Of a stretch of 64,000 nucleotides of DNA, positions 15,211 through 26,620 are shown piece after piece. This DNA is from the human T2T-CHM13v2.0 reference genome, Homo sapiens. A program made the translations under genes and the position numbers. The DNA is taken from assembly GCF_009914755.1 (NCBI RefSeq), contig NC_060930.1; one strand, given 5' to 3'. The notes beneath the pieces are model-generated. The model was not told where the DNA came from. It saw only the letters and a list, made by a program, of their open reading frames with translations, and made no database searches. The stretch's first letter is position 1, and each line of letters begins with the position of its first letter.

Positions 15211-16127
15211 AGTAGTCTTAGAGAGTGACTTTAGAGATTTCCTTGTTGTAGCTGTTTTCTAAGAAGTTGACAGACTCGAATGTGAAATTCTGAAAAGTGT
15301 ACTCTACCACCACTGTGACCTTTCACAATCAGAAATAAGTCCTGAAATCCTAGAAAGGCTATAGTCAGAGGGTGCCAGGGGCACACACCGAAGTATCAGA
15401 TGTTCAGTAGTGGGACAGAATAGGAGGCTGTATTCATCAGCAGGCAGGAGCTGAGTAGAGAAAATCAAGTCTTCCTGCCATGTTGTTCTCAACCTTTTGT
15501 CTCACTGGACCCATTTTTTTGGAAAATTCACAGAGACAGTAAACTTAGCATTAGTTAAGATCTTTAACAGCTAACAGGATAGAGTGTGATGTTAGCTGAA
15601 ATCCTAGTTTCTCTCTTAAAACATACAAAAATAAATGAATAAGTAAAGGAGGGAGAGGTCACTCACACTGAAAACCAGAATTAGGGCACAAGAGGCCGGG
15701 CAGGTCCCCAGTACCTGAAAAAGGACCCAAAGGCTAGCACAGAAGGTCTTCCCTTCTGCTGTTGCTCCCACAGTTAATATTCATTTGCAGAGTGAACAAG
15801 AGAATGATTGGGTATGGTTTAGACACTCCTCCTACTTCGCCCCACCTGTCTTTCCTCATCTCTCCCCACATGCTTTCCCCCTTTCCCCATGACAATGGAA
15901 ATATGTGCTGCCTTGTAGGGTCGGTCTGTAGACTAAGTCGTTTTTCCTACTTGCTGGCATTATTTCTTGAGATTAGCTAAGGCCAGAGTTATCACATTTC
16001 TATGTCTCCTAAATTGTTTGCAGTTCTTCTACTTGGACTGTATAGAACCAAGTTGAAAGACCTGTTTTTACTTCCCTGCTCATTTTGAATTTTTTTTTTG
16101 AATTGCATTTGTAAAAGCAGAGTGGTC

Positions 16128-16157
16128 GTGTGTGTGCATGTGTGTGTGTGTGTGTGT
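16128..16157. repeat. (TG)n microsatellite
   Basis: gtgtgtgtgcatgtgtgtgtgtgtgtgtgt. Confidence 0.9.
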
Positions 16158-16667
16158 TTACACATCCATACTTGAACTGATGGAGAGGAAAGTTCAGGAC
16201 AAAATAAATAAACTCCCTCCATAGTTTGCATTTTTTTCCAAAAGATAGGCCACAGATAAGGGTCAATAAGGGTATAAAACAATTCCAAAATATCTGAGTG
16301 AGAAAATTTTTATTAAACTTTTTGTTTTGTAAGAATCTATTAATAGATTCAAAGTGAAAGAAAATGACAAGGGATATATGTTTCTAAGTTTCCATTTTTT
16401 TGAAAGGTACATTCTCTAGAATTGTTAGAAATATTTAACATTATAAATGCCTTATTTTACAAATCATGTATAATAAATGCTTATCTGCCTAGTGACTGGA
16501 GCACCCATAGTCTACAAGATTTTTACATAGCCCTCAGAACACCAAAAATTCTTCAACATAATCCAGGTTCTAAATCAACTATATATTTGACACTTTTCTT
16601 GGTTGTATACTTTAGTATCGGGGTTATCAATTCTTTTATAGCTCCAACCACAAAGCAAAGTCTTTTT

Positions 16668-17180
16668 ATTTTTAGTTTTTGGAAGAAGGAGCCAATGCAA
16701 TGGCTAGTTTTTATTAAAAAGAAGAAACTTTTTAGCACATTTTGAGTAACTTAGTGCAGGGGCTCAGTGGGCCCACTGGTGGGGCAGCTTGTAATAGTTT
16801 CCAGTCAGGGCATCACCGGGGCTCACCTTTGTCCAGCCAAAACCAGATGATGGCACTATTCTCTTCACAGATGCTGCCCACTGCTGGTGAAGGAGGGGGG
16901 CTAAATTAAGGTCCTCTTTGGTACCTGAAGCTGCCTTTGGGGGTAGTATATTATATGGGTCCAGTCCCTTCCGTGCAGCCATCATGATATCCCTCTCCAA
17001 CCCAGTCACCTGCTCATTGTCAGTAAGAACATCACCTCCAGATGCATTGGAGTGCACTTCAACCACCCCTCAGGGACCCTGGGCCCTCAGGGCCCGCACA
17101 GCCGGCACCCCAGCTCCTCAAAGTAACCTCGAAGCCATGAAGCCATCACACCCTCAACAAGTAACAGTACTTCCAGGAAC
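16668..17180 (-). pseudogene. COX5BP2: Processed pseudogene of cytochrome c oxidase subunit 5B (probably COX5BP2)
   Basis: Intronless. ATG at 17138 reads MASRLL*GAG..., then SGGDVLTDNEQVTGLERDIMMAARKGLDPYN, YKL..AH* (stop 16764). Has premature stops and frameshifts, COX5B-like 5' and 3' UTRs, a degenerate polyA, and a 14-bp TSD AGCAAAGTCTTTTT at 16654-16667 and 17181-17194. The P2 number is from memory of the locus. Confidence 0.93.
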
Positions 17181-19899
17181 AGCAAAGTCTTTTTGATACA
17201 AGTAGGTGTCCATTGTCCATTGGAACAAGCTGTTTTGACTTTGTTAGTTCTCATTATTTTGGGTTGATTCACAATGCCTGAAAAAGAACTTGGTTATTTT
17301 GAAAATCTATCTTAAAATGTCCTGTCTGCAACCCATTAATTACTGATATTAACATGTGTAAGAATCCTCACAAGTTACCTAGATGGGTCTTCTCTGTTCC
17401 ATGATTCCTTTGATCACATAACAACCCCACCCTTTCCCCACCCTCAGTGATCCAAACTTCTGGCTGCAGATACCATATCAAGATGAATGATGTCCACTGA
17501 GTAGTGAAAATTATAGGTTTACAGGCATGTTCTTCTAAAGTAACTATCTGAAAAACAAAAGAGATCCCAGCCTATGAGATGTTAGCTACGAAATGTAACA
17601 AAACCACCTTTCAGATAATTCACATGGTAGAGAGGTTTTAGTCCAGCAAGTACTAGCCTCGCATCAGTTTGTCCCAATCTCTTGAACCTGCAGTTGAGCC
17701 AAAAATTTCCGAGCCAAGCTTTCTCGCAAGATTTCCTGTACTTCCTGTTTCTATGTGAGCCAGAAATACCATGAGAATGACCTTTCTTGTGGTATTTTTG
17801 CCCTTATACTCCAGGATGAAAATAATCCCATATTGGGGGAACTTTTTTTAAATTGTGCAAATATTTCCAGGTTTCAAACCTTCAAATGAAGTAGGTTCCT
17901 CCTTGGGAATGAAAATGTGAAATGGTGATGGCTTGGCCCTGACTCATCTCCACTAGGAAGTATTCGTGCTCAGTGATCCAACATTTTGTAATTTCTCTAA
18001 GATATTTTTACAAGGAACTAGATAAAATAGTACAGAGGATACAATGGAAATGTATATCCTTGGATTTTTTTTAAAAAGTCATTCTTGAAGAAATGAACAA
18101 TGAAGTGTTGTGTTCTTAGTACATTAGTGTATGTGATATATGATATCACATATTTGTTTTCTTTGTTCTTAACCCCTTTGTTCCAAGGGTCAGGATATCC
18201 TGATGCTAAGTACTATTGCAAAATAACTGAACAAAAATAAAAATAGTCAAACACTTAGGAAACTCTTCAGTTGTTATGTCAAGGAAGTTTGTGACTGAGG
18301 AGTGAGTTTAAGACATTATTCAGGAAATATGATAATAAAGCAAACAGTCTACATGTGATTATTAAATAAAATCATCTCAATCCTAGAGAGTCTTGATGCC
18401 CCCAGCCTGATGGAAGGGTAAGATAAGGACTGGACGGGCTGTCAAAGTGGTGGAAGTGTTGAACTGATGGTGAAATCCTTTCATCTCTTATCAGAGAGGG
18501 AAAAAGGAAGGGCACATCTTTCTAATCAAGTAGACCGCTGATTATTCCCTAATTGTGTTGTATGTATATCTGGTTGTTATAGAAAGAGCTGCTAGATCAA
18601 TATTTTCATAACAAAATTCACCAAAAGCAGTGTCTTCAATGTCTTTATTATTGTTTTATACCCTCTTGCCCCTTCTTCACCTGTTAGGAAGGAGAGTAGG
18701 TTTGCCAGTATGCTTTTCCATCCAGAAAAAAGAAAATTCACTTAATCCAGTATGGAAAACTAAACTTATTAACCATGGATTTAGAGAAATAATAAAACAA
18801 CAATAAAATTACAGTTGTCTTTGCTGGTTTCAACTTTAAAAAGAAATGAGGTGGGAGTAATGAAAATAAAACACACTCTACAACGATCTTTCTCCTCTTC
18901 CCCAAGTTTCCTCCTCTCTCCCATGAAGAAATATCAAATAATTGTGTGATAAACCAGCCTTGAAAGGAATGTAGAGCAGAAGCAACAGATTATACACCAG
19001 CAAAATGGCATGCCAAGCAAAATAAAGCACTTTGCAATGTGGAGACGTGAAGAGAGGAAGATGGGATTGTTACAATGTTCTCCAAGAAAACAGGGGCTAT
19101 TCACTTGAATGTGCAAGTTCAAATTGTTCCTACAAACCCAATTTGCTGGCAAAAGTGCCAAATACAATACTACCCTACTTTCGTTTCTGTCCAAGGCCTT
19201 TCACATAAGCTACAGGGGGCATCGCCTTTTGTTGAATTGGTTCTTACTTTCAGGGTTAGCGCCTCCATCTCTGAGACTAGGAACAAGAGGCATGGCCCAC
19301 AGTTGAGGTTGCCCTCGATTCAACCACTCTCAGGTCGGGGACACAGTAGTCAGTGGCCCACATAATAAATCAACAGTGCTCTCCCTCCAGAAGGTGAATT
19401 GTTAACATTCTTTTCTTTCTTTCATTGCCATTTATGTCCCCTGTGAACATCCTTTAAAATGCTTGTTCCTTTGAAAATGGGTTTTGAATGAGCCTGAGCC
19501 ACATATCCAGGCTATGCAGGCCACTGCCCATACGCATGAGGATCTTGATGCTTCCCGAATTCGCATCTTTCGGAGTTAACTGTGGAATGTGATTCAATGT
19601 TATTTCCCTTCCAGCTGAAGGGCAGCTGAGGTTATGAAGGGATTTGACTAATAGGTCATAACCCAGATAGGTTTGCCGAGAACCAAATGACACAAGGGGG
19701 AGGGATGTGGAGAAGGAGCGAGAGTGATCAAACTGAGGCACTGAGGATCAACCAAGCCCATCCCAGCACTGGTCTTGGTGACTGGGCAAGGTGCCCCCCA
19801 ACCCCCATCAGGCCCTCCAGAGAGAAGCAGCTGCAGATTGGCTCTGCAGACTCTCAGCTTCCTCTGTTTTTTTGAGAACTCCTTGGGGCTTGCAGGCCT

Positions 19900-20466
19900 G
19901 AGCCTGTACCACAGGGGTGACTCCTCACCTGACACCTCCAGATAACTGGCCTCCAGCAAGGGGGGAGCCCCTCTGTGAGGTTAGCAAAGGGGAAGCCCCG
20001 CTTCTTTGCCTGAAGTCCTTAAGAGCTAAGCCGACAAAGAGCTAAGAGTCAACAAACTTTGACAAGCACCAAAAGAGAATTGAGAACAAATAAATCAGAA
20101 GAAAGAAGAGGAAAAGCAAATGCTAGAACCTCGATGGCTTTTTTTTTTCTCCCTGCTGTCGTTCCAGCTGTAGCCTGGGATTAATTAAGTGCTGTGAACT
20201 CAGTGCCAGAGAGAGGAGGGGAAAAAAAATGCATTCTATCTCTAAGGAAGGAGTACAGTAACAGTTTCTCACCAGAGAGAAACCTAGGGAAGTGAATCGC
20301 TCTCGTCGGCAGTGTTTGTGGAGGGCCTGAAGAGACAGGGAGGTTGTGCCAGGCTGGAGGAGGCTTGTCTTTCCGAAGCTGGAGAGGATCTTACGGGGGT
20401 TCGCTTTTCCCTGCCTGGGAAGAATTTCCCCTGTGGTAGCAGCAGCAGCAGCAGCAGAAGCAGAAA

Positions 20467-20498
<32 letters not shown>

Positions 20499-20542
20499 GC
20501 ACCACCACCACCACTACCTCCTCTTCTGGGGCACAAGACAGA
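19900..20542 (+). promoter_or_regulatory. PDE7B: Putative internal promoter and 5' leader of the alternative PDE7B first exon
   Basis: Locally raised GC and retained CpGs (20297-20405); no ATG between 20232 and 20542; no recognisable transposon; TSS cannot be fixed from sequence. Confidence 0.55.
20440..20514 (+). repeat. Interrupted trinucleotide repeat (CAG)6 AAG CAG AAA (CAG)4 CAA (CAG)6 (CAC)5
   Basis: Read directly; ends 28 nt before the ATG at 20543. Confidence 0.98.
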
Positions 20543-20780
20543 ATGCCTGTGCTAGAGCGATATTTCCACCCAGCAGAGCTAGGCAGGAGGTGGACAGGCC
20601 CAGAAGGTGTGCTGCCCTCCTCCCCGGGAAGCCGGCCGGGGTGCCAGCAGGGGCCGCTGCCCTGGGACTTGCCAGAGATGATCAGGATGGTAAAGCTGGT
20701 TTGGAAATCCAAAAGTGAGCTGCAGGCGACCAAACAGAGAGGCATTCTGGACAATGAAGATGCTCTCCGCAGCTTTCCAG
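20543..20780 (+). CDS. PDE7B: Alternative first coding exon of cAMP-specific phosphodiesterase 7B (MPVLERYFHPAELG...NEDALRSFP-G)
   Basis: ATG with A at -3; 238 nt to donor CAG|GTAAAT, phase 1 within a Gly codon. This matches the phase of the canonical PDE7B junction (...CVCML-G|DIRLRGQ). Peptide recalled as the N-terminus of a long PDE7B isoform. Confidence 0.85.
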
Positions 20781-20957
20781 GTAAATTGACCATGGGGTGT
20801 AATAGGTCACAGGACCAAGTCTGATAACTAACTCCCTTTCTTTGTAGAGTCCAAGCCATAGGGAGGAAAATGAACTGTGTAGCATCAGGTCTGAGGGCTG
20901 TGACTTCCAAATGTCTGCTGTATGATAGAAATGCATCTTGAAATTAAGAGTGATTTA

Positions 20958-21070
20958 GTAGGAGGAGCATTTGACTGGAAATCAAGAAACCTGGGTCCTG
21001 GACTCAGCTTGACAAATGCTTGCCCTTTGGGCTTGCACAAGCCAAATTTCCTGAGTTTCAGTCCCCACCA
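20958..21070 (+). mobile_element. MIR fragment
   Basis: gagcatttgactggaaatcaagaaacctgggtcct...ctgagtttcagt. Confidence 0.55.
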
Positions 21071-24000
21071 AGGAGGGGGTGGAATTGGATGCTCTTTAAT
21101 GGCCATCCTGACTCTAACATTTCTTGTCAACAAGTTAGAGATATCCCTAGGAGAATATTCTCCTTGGGTGGCTTTTTATCATTCTTTCTATAAAGTAAAA
21201 TACATTTTCCAATTTTTAACTATGCCATTTACAGCATGTATTATGTTCCCAGCACTGAGTTTGGCATGCAAGCTTTTTATGTCCTGGGCAAGTTGGTAAA
21301 CTTTCTTGACTTGGTTTCCCCTTTGGCAAATGTCAGCAATATAAACACCTTTATTGATATCAACTCACTCACAAATGTGGAAATAATGATTCCCAGGGAC
21401 TTTGTCTTGTCATAAGAATGTGCTGTGTTTGGGACGGTTGTGGAGAACTTCACTGTGTTTCTGACAGTGGATACAACCACCACCAAGACACCCAGCATGC
21501 CTGGGAAGGATCCCAAGGGGCTTCGTAAACTAAGAAAGCCACAGCTGACTACAGGGCACTCTCTTTCTTTGAGGAATATGTTGCTAGATATTTGGAAAGT
21601 GGTGGGTTCACTTCAGAAGAAAGAACATGAGTGTGTGTTTATGCATCTGAAGTCTTGGCTAGGCCTATGCAGTGGAATCCTGGCGTGCCATTGGCGGTGA
21701 GGGATGGGGTAGATGGAAAAGATACATCAAAAATTACCTCTCCCTTTCTCGTGGAAACAGAGTAGGAAATAAAAATCTGGCTAGTTTTGATTTTAATGAT
21801 TTATGCCAGGAACTTTTTTTAAGTTATGACTTAATAATCTGTAAAGAATATTATTAAGAAGTTAATACTCTGGGAAAAGAAAAGATTTAAAAGGGAGAAA
21901 AAAACAGGGTTGGTCTCCAGTAAACAATGAGTCCTTGAGTACATAGGAAAGTGAGGGAAACGAATAAAACTGAGGTTTATGTGGCAATTGGGAGAAGGAT
22001 GCCCAGGGAGATGGGTCTTGGTCAGATGAAATGAGGTAACGCTAAACCAGTGTTGCATGTGAGTAGGGTAAGAAAAATGGAAAAACCCACCTGGGCAGAA
22101 AATTTTACTCTGACACTTCAACTCTTAGCACTTTAGGTTTGTTTCAGTCAATTAAATGATTAAAATTCATATTACAAACTGCACCCTTTGATAAAACTAT
22201 CTAATTCAATAGTTGTTAGCATGTCTGTGGAGATAGGTGTACATTATTATTTATGTTCTATATTAGTGAACATCTAATTCCTGAAAAAGCAATACTCTGG
22301 AGAAAAAGCAGAACTCCTGTAGCTTCTTATTACTTAAAAGGCACACTTTTCTGGACATGATGAAGCAGAGCTTGTTGAGTCTTACTATACCTCTCTACCA
22401 CTGCCTCACATTCAGTGGAAACTGTCTCTGAAGCCACTTGGATTCCCAGGGAAGCTGCACCCTGGTCTGCTGTTGAGGTTGCCTGCCTGTGTGGAGACAG
22501 GCTTTATAACACCTTTCCAAAGGATGTGTGTTTGCCTCCTGTTCTTCCTCCTGTGCCTCCTCACTCTCAGGGAGATGAGGGCTCATCCTTACTGGAATGG
22601 GCATAAAACCTTTTCATCATCATCCATCTATGCAGCAGCAGGTCATAGGATGCAACCCCAAAGATGAGTGGCTTCACTTTCCAAACTGTCTCTTACCTTC
22701 TTCCTTACTCATCCTATTCCTGATGCTGCATTTCCTCTGAGCATCAGGTGTCTTCAGCTGCATCATTTTCACCACAGCAGCACAACAATGGGGCCCTCAG
22801 GAACACTTACAGACTATTTCAAAACTTCTGGCATTTTTTTGTTTGTTTTTAGAAAGTGGTGATTTAAGCTGTTTTCAGTTCCTGCACAGAGGCAGAGGTT
22901 TATGATAGACAGCTCTTCAAAAAACAGCAAGACACGGTGCTCCCTCGCTCTCTCTCTCTGTCATTTCATCCTTGCCTCAGTCTCCTCAATTTATACTTTC
23001 ATAATCCTTTTAAGCAACTGACTATGCATCAGGTGAGCCTTGCTTTATGCTTGAAATGTTTCTTCCTTGGCTCAGTCAACTGAAAATTTTCTATTCAAAC
23101 AACAAAGCCCAGGTCAAGCATCTCTCTCTTTAAAATGCCTTTCCTGATCTCCAGCGGCCTCCCGTCTCCCCCAGTGGTAATCTATTCCCTCCTCTTTGCT
23201 ATCTTTACCTGTAGTTACTTAACATTTTACATTTATAGCACACATATTTTTGCTGTGCTAGTAACTAAAAACAGGAAAATTAAATGTTATAACATTCTGT
23301 GTATATTTTGACTGCTTGTGGTAATGAATTGATTTAACTTTTTTTAAACCATGAAATTGCAGAAATTCTGAATCGAACCAACAGTTACTTTAGAGGACTT
23401 TAAAGATGGTGTCATTGGCTCTTAATGTGTTTAATGGAACCTTAAAAGTCCCAGTGTTTCTTTTCCTTAGCAAAGGGCATCATTATTTTTACGCACCCTT
23501 CTTCAACAAGACTGGAACTTTGTTTCTCACAAGTGAAGTAGAAAAATGTTCTGAGATTTGGCTAAGGTAATAAAAGGAGAGAATAAAAAAAATATGGGAA
23601 CATAAATATGTGTTCGTGAGAGATTTTAAGGTGAAATACGCTGAATTAGGAGTATGGAATGGAAAGAACAGTCCCCTGGAGAAAGTGGGGGAGTGCCAGA
23701 GAGAAGGTGATACATAGAAACGTCTTCCACCATCTTCAGACTGGCATGCTCTGCCGACTGTTGGGTGGCTGTCCAAAGCAATAGACTGTAGGAGGGAATG
23801 GGAGATGATAGAAGGAAGGAAGAGGAGCTTGTCACCTTCACATGTTAGATCTGTGCATCTGGGAGTGCCCCCAAAGCTGGGCATTGGCCAAGGCACTGTT
23901 CACCCTAGCAAGGGGCTCTGGAAGTTATCAGCATGCTTGAGGTCCAAGTGTCAACTCTGTTCTTTGAACTGTACCCAATTATTTAATTGTGTTAATACTC

Positions 24001-25629
24001 ACATCTTTTTCCCTTTATGAAGCAAACAAAGGAATTATCTAATTATCTAGTTAACCCCTGTATTTTGGAGATGAGGTAAATAGTTCAGAGAGACTCAATA
24101 AGGCATCCGGGATCACACACTGAAACTGTATCAGAACCAGACCAGCATTTCGATTGCCCAACTCTGGTCCACAGAACTCATGTGGTCAGGGTACATGCTG
24201 GGTAATAGAAATTTAAATTTAAACCAAGACATGGCTTTATTGATTACATGTAGATGGGGCAAAATGAGAACTCATGATGTGATATAAACCTTGGTCAAAC
24301 CAGAAAAATAGTATTACCATGCAGAACAAGTCAAAGGATTGTGTCTCGTATACATTTTCTACTTATTCTGTGGGCTTTAGTCTTATATCCAAGCTTCAAA
24401 TACTGCAAATATCCAAGGAAAGATCCCCAACTGTTATCAATAGAAAGTCAGCTTACACCATTGCAGTGACAGCATGCACCCATGTGGGGAGTGGGGAGAA
24501 GGATGAGGATAGAAAATAATTAAGTAGCTTCTCAGATGCTGTGAGGACAAATATGATGCTAATTATAATTCTAGTCAGCAACCTGTTTAAGACTAGATAT
24601 CCCTTAGCAGGACTTGTTCTTAGTTGAATAAATAATTAGATTTTGGAATTCAACCAAATAACCGCAAACTCTGCAACTGGGAAACTTACCTTTCATTTCG
24701 GTGTCTCTGGTCTAAATTTTGCATTATAGTTTACTTATTTATTAAGCTCGTTCCCATTTCAATAAGCTTTGGTTCTAGGAAAATATAAATACACACAAAT
24801 CGCTCAAAGAAAGAAACTCATCTTCCCCATAGCCATTGTAACGTCTCCTGCCTTTCAAGGAGAATACAAAATCAGAAATTTTCTTTATGCTCAGACCTGA
24901 ATATCAAATTATTTCAGAGAAGAAAATCTCCAGAACCATTCTCTGATTCCAGTACTCTACAATTCAAATTAACATTTAAACTACTATTTCAAAATGTCTC
25001 AAGTATCAAGCACAATATAAATCAAATATGTTGAAGAATGAACATTTCGATCATTATAATCAAGAAGCATTTATGGGATGCTTAGTGTATACCAGGCACT
25101 GTGCTAGGCACCAGGGACTCAGAGATGAATCAAAAGCTTAATGAAAGAACAATTGTGGATTTATGAATCAGAGCTCTGTCTACAACTACAGTGTGAAAAC
25201 AAGCACTTGTTAGTTTAAACCTGTCAACTCAAACTACTGGCTGTAAAACTGGTAAAATTCAAAAACACTTGTAAAAATTTATACACACTTTCAAATACTC
25301 ATTGGTTCTAATGATTTCATTCAAAGCAGGACAAATTGCTTTGAGCAAGGAATCAATTAGTCTCAATGGCAGATAAGTATTAATTCATAATATTTTTCTA
25401 AAACTACTGCTTTTAGCAGCCTGTTTTCACTCTGTAGTGATGCTGGATAATAATCATTAATAATTTAAAGCATCTCTTAAATGTGAATGCAAATTGAGTC
25501 AATACTGGAGTACATCATCTCACTTTGAACTAAACCTTCTCCTTCACCTGACTTATTTTCATGAATGACTCATGAAAGGTTCAAAACTGCTAACTCCAGC
25601 TCCCCAATTCCCACTAGTTCTAAGTCCAT

Positions 25630-25905
25630 AAGAGAGGCTAAGGGTGCCAGAGTGTGGTTGCAATGTTGAGATCTTAAAAGTTTTAAATTCTGCATCTCCA
25701 TTACTGAACTGTGTGACCCTGGGTGGGTACTTCACCTCTCGGTGCCTCAGTTTCTTCTTATGTAAAAAGAGAATTAATAATAGCACCTTTGCTTAAGGTT
25801 GTTGTCGGGATTAAATGACATAATAGCAAAAAAAAAAAAAAAAAAAAAAAGTGCCTAGAATAGAACCTAAGTTCCACCACACTCTCAGTAAATGTATACT
25901 CTCAT
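25630..25905 (+). mobile_element. MIR with an internal A23 run (25828-25850)
   Basis: ctgtgtgaccctggg...cttcacctctcggtgcctcagttttctt...gggattaaatga. Confidence 0.85.
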
Positions 25906-25909
25906 AATT

Positions 25910-26620
25910 ACTGGTGTTGGTGTTATTTTTCTCAACAACTTCTCTCATTCATTATCTTTTCTCTGTTCAGTTGCATGGCCCTTGGTCAAATCTCATGTTG
26001 TTTTGTCTATAATCTTGCAATAGCCTTCAACTCTCTCTATCCATTGTCATTCTATTCTGTGATTTAGATCAACAGTGTTAAAAGAAAAATCAAGATATGT
26101 CTCAACCCTTCTTCAAAATCCTTTAATAATTCTCTAGTGTCTACAGAGAAAATCCAGATTCTTTCCTCCTGCATTCAAAGTTCTCCATCTGGCACGAACT
26201 CATTTTTCCAGTCTTATTTGTCATTATTGCCCTCTGAGTACTCATATTCCACCCAGACAAGACAAACCTCCCACAGCATCCTACTTGTTTTCTGCTCATT
26301 GTTCTCAATGCTTAAAATGACTTTGCTCCATGTCCCTAATTTATCCCATTCCTTACTTAATATCCCGCTCGTATGCTAGCCCCTTCATGAATCCCTCCTG
26401 AGATTACTGAAGGAAAATATGCCTTTCTCTTCTGAAGTTCCACAGAACTTTCTTTGTATTTATTTAACAGGCAAATCACTTAATTTTGTTACAATTAGTG
26501 TACATTTCTTCCTCTCCTTCTAGATTCCAGCTCTTTGAGAGTCTGGAGAACATTCTGTTTTTTTCATGTTTTCCCTAAGATCTGTTGCATGTCAGCCACT
26601 CAATACATTTTGATATGTGA
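25910..26620 (+). mobile_element. L2 remnant
   Basis: Pyrimidine-rich L2 body ending ctcaatacattttga. Confidence 0.55.

Noticed and set aside
16764-17066. 100-aa COX5B-like ORF
   Set aside because: Non-ATG start, lost presequence and frameshifted Zn-binding Cys region; pseudogene
18190-18203. 14-bp palindrome TCAGGATATCCTGA
   Set aside because: Several palindromes of this length are expected by chance in 64 kb
20781-20824. Continuation of the 170-aa ORF past the donor (KLTMGCNRSQDQV*)
   Set aside because: Intron read-through beyond CAG|GTAAAT
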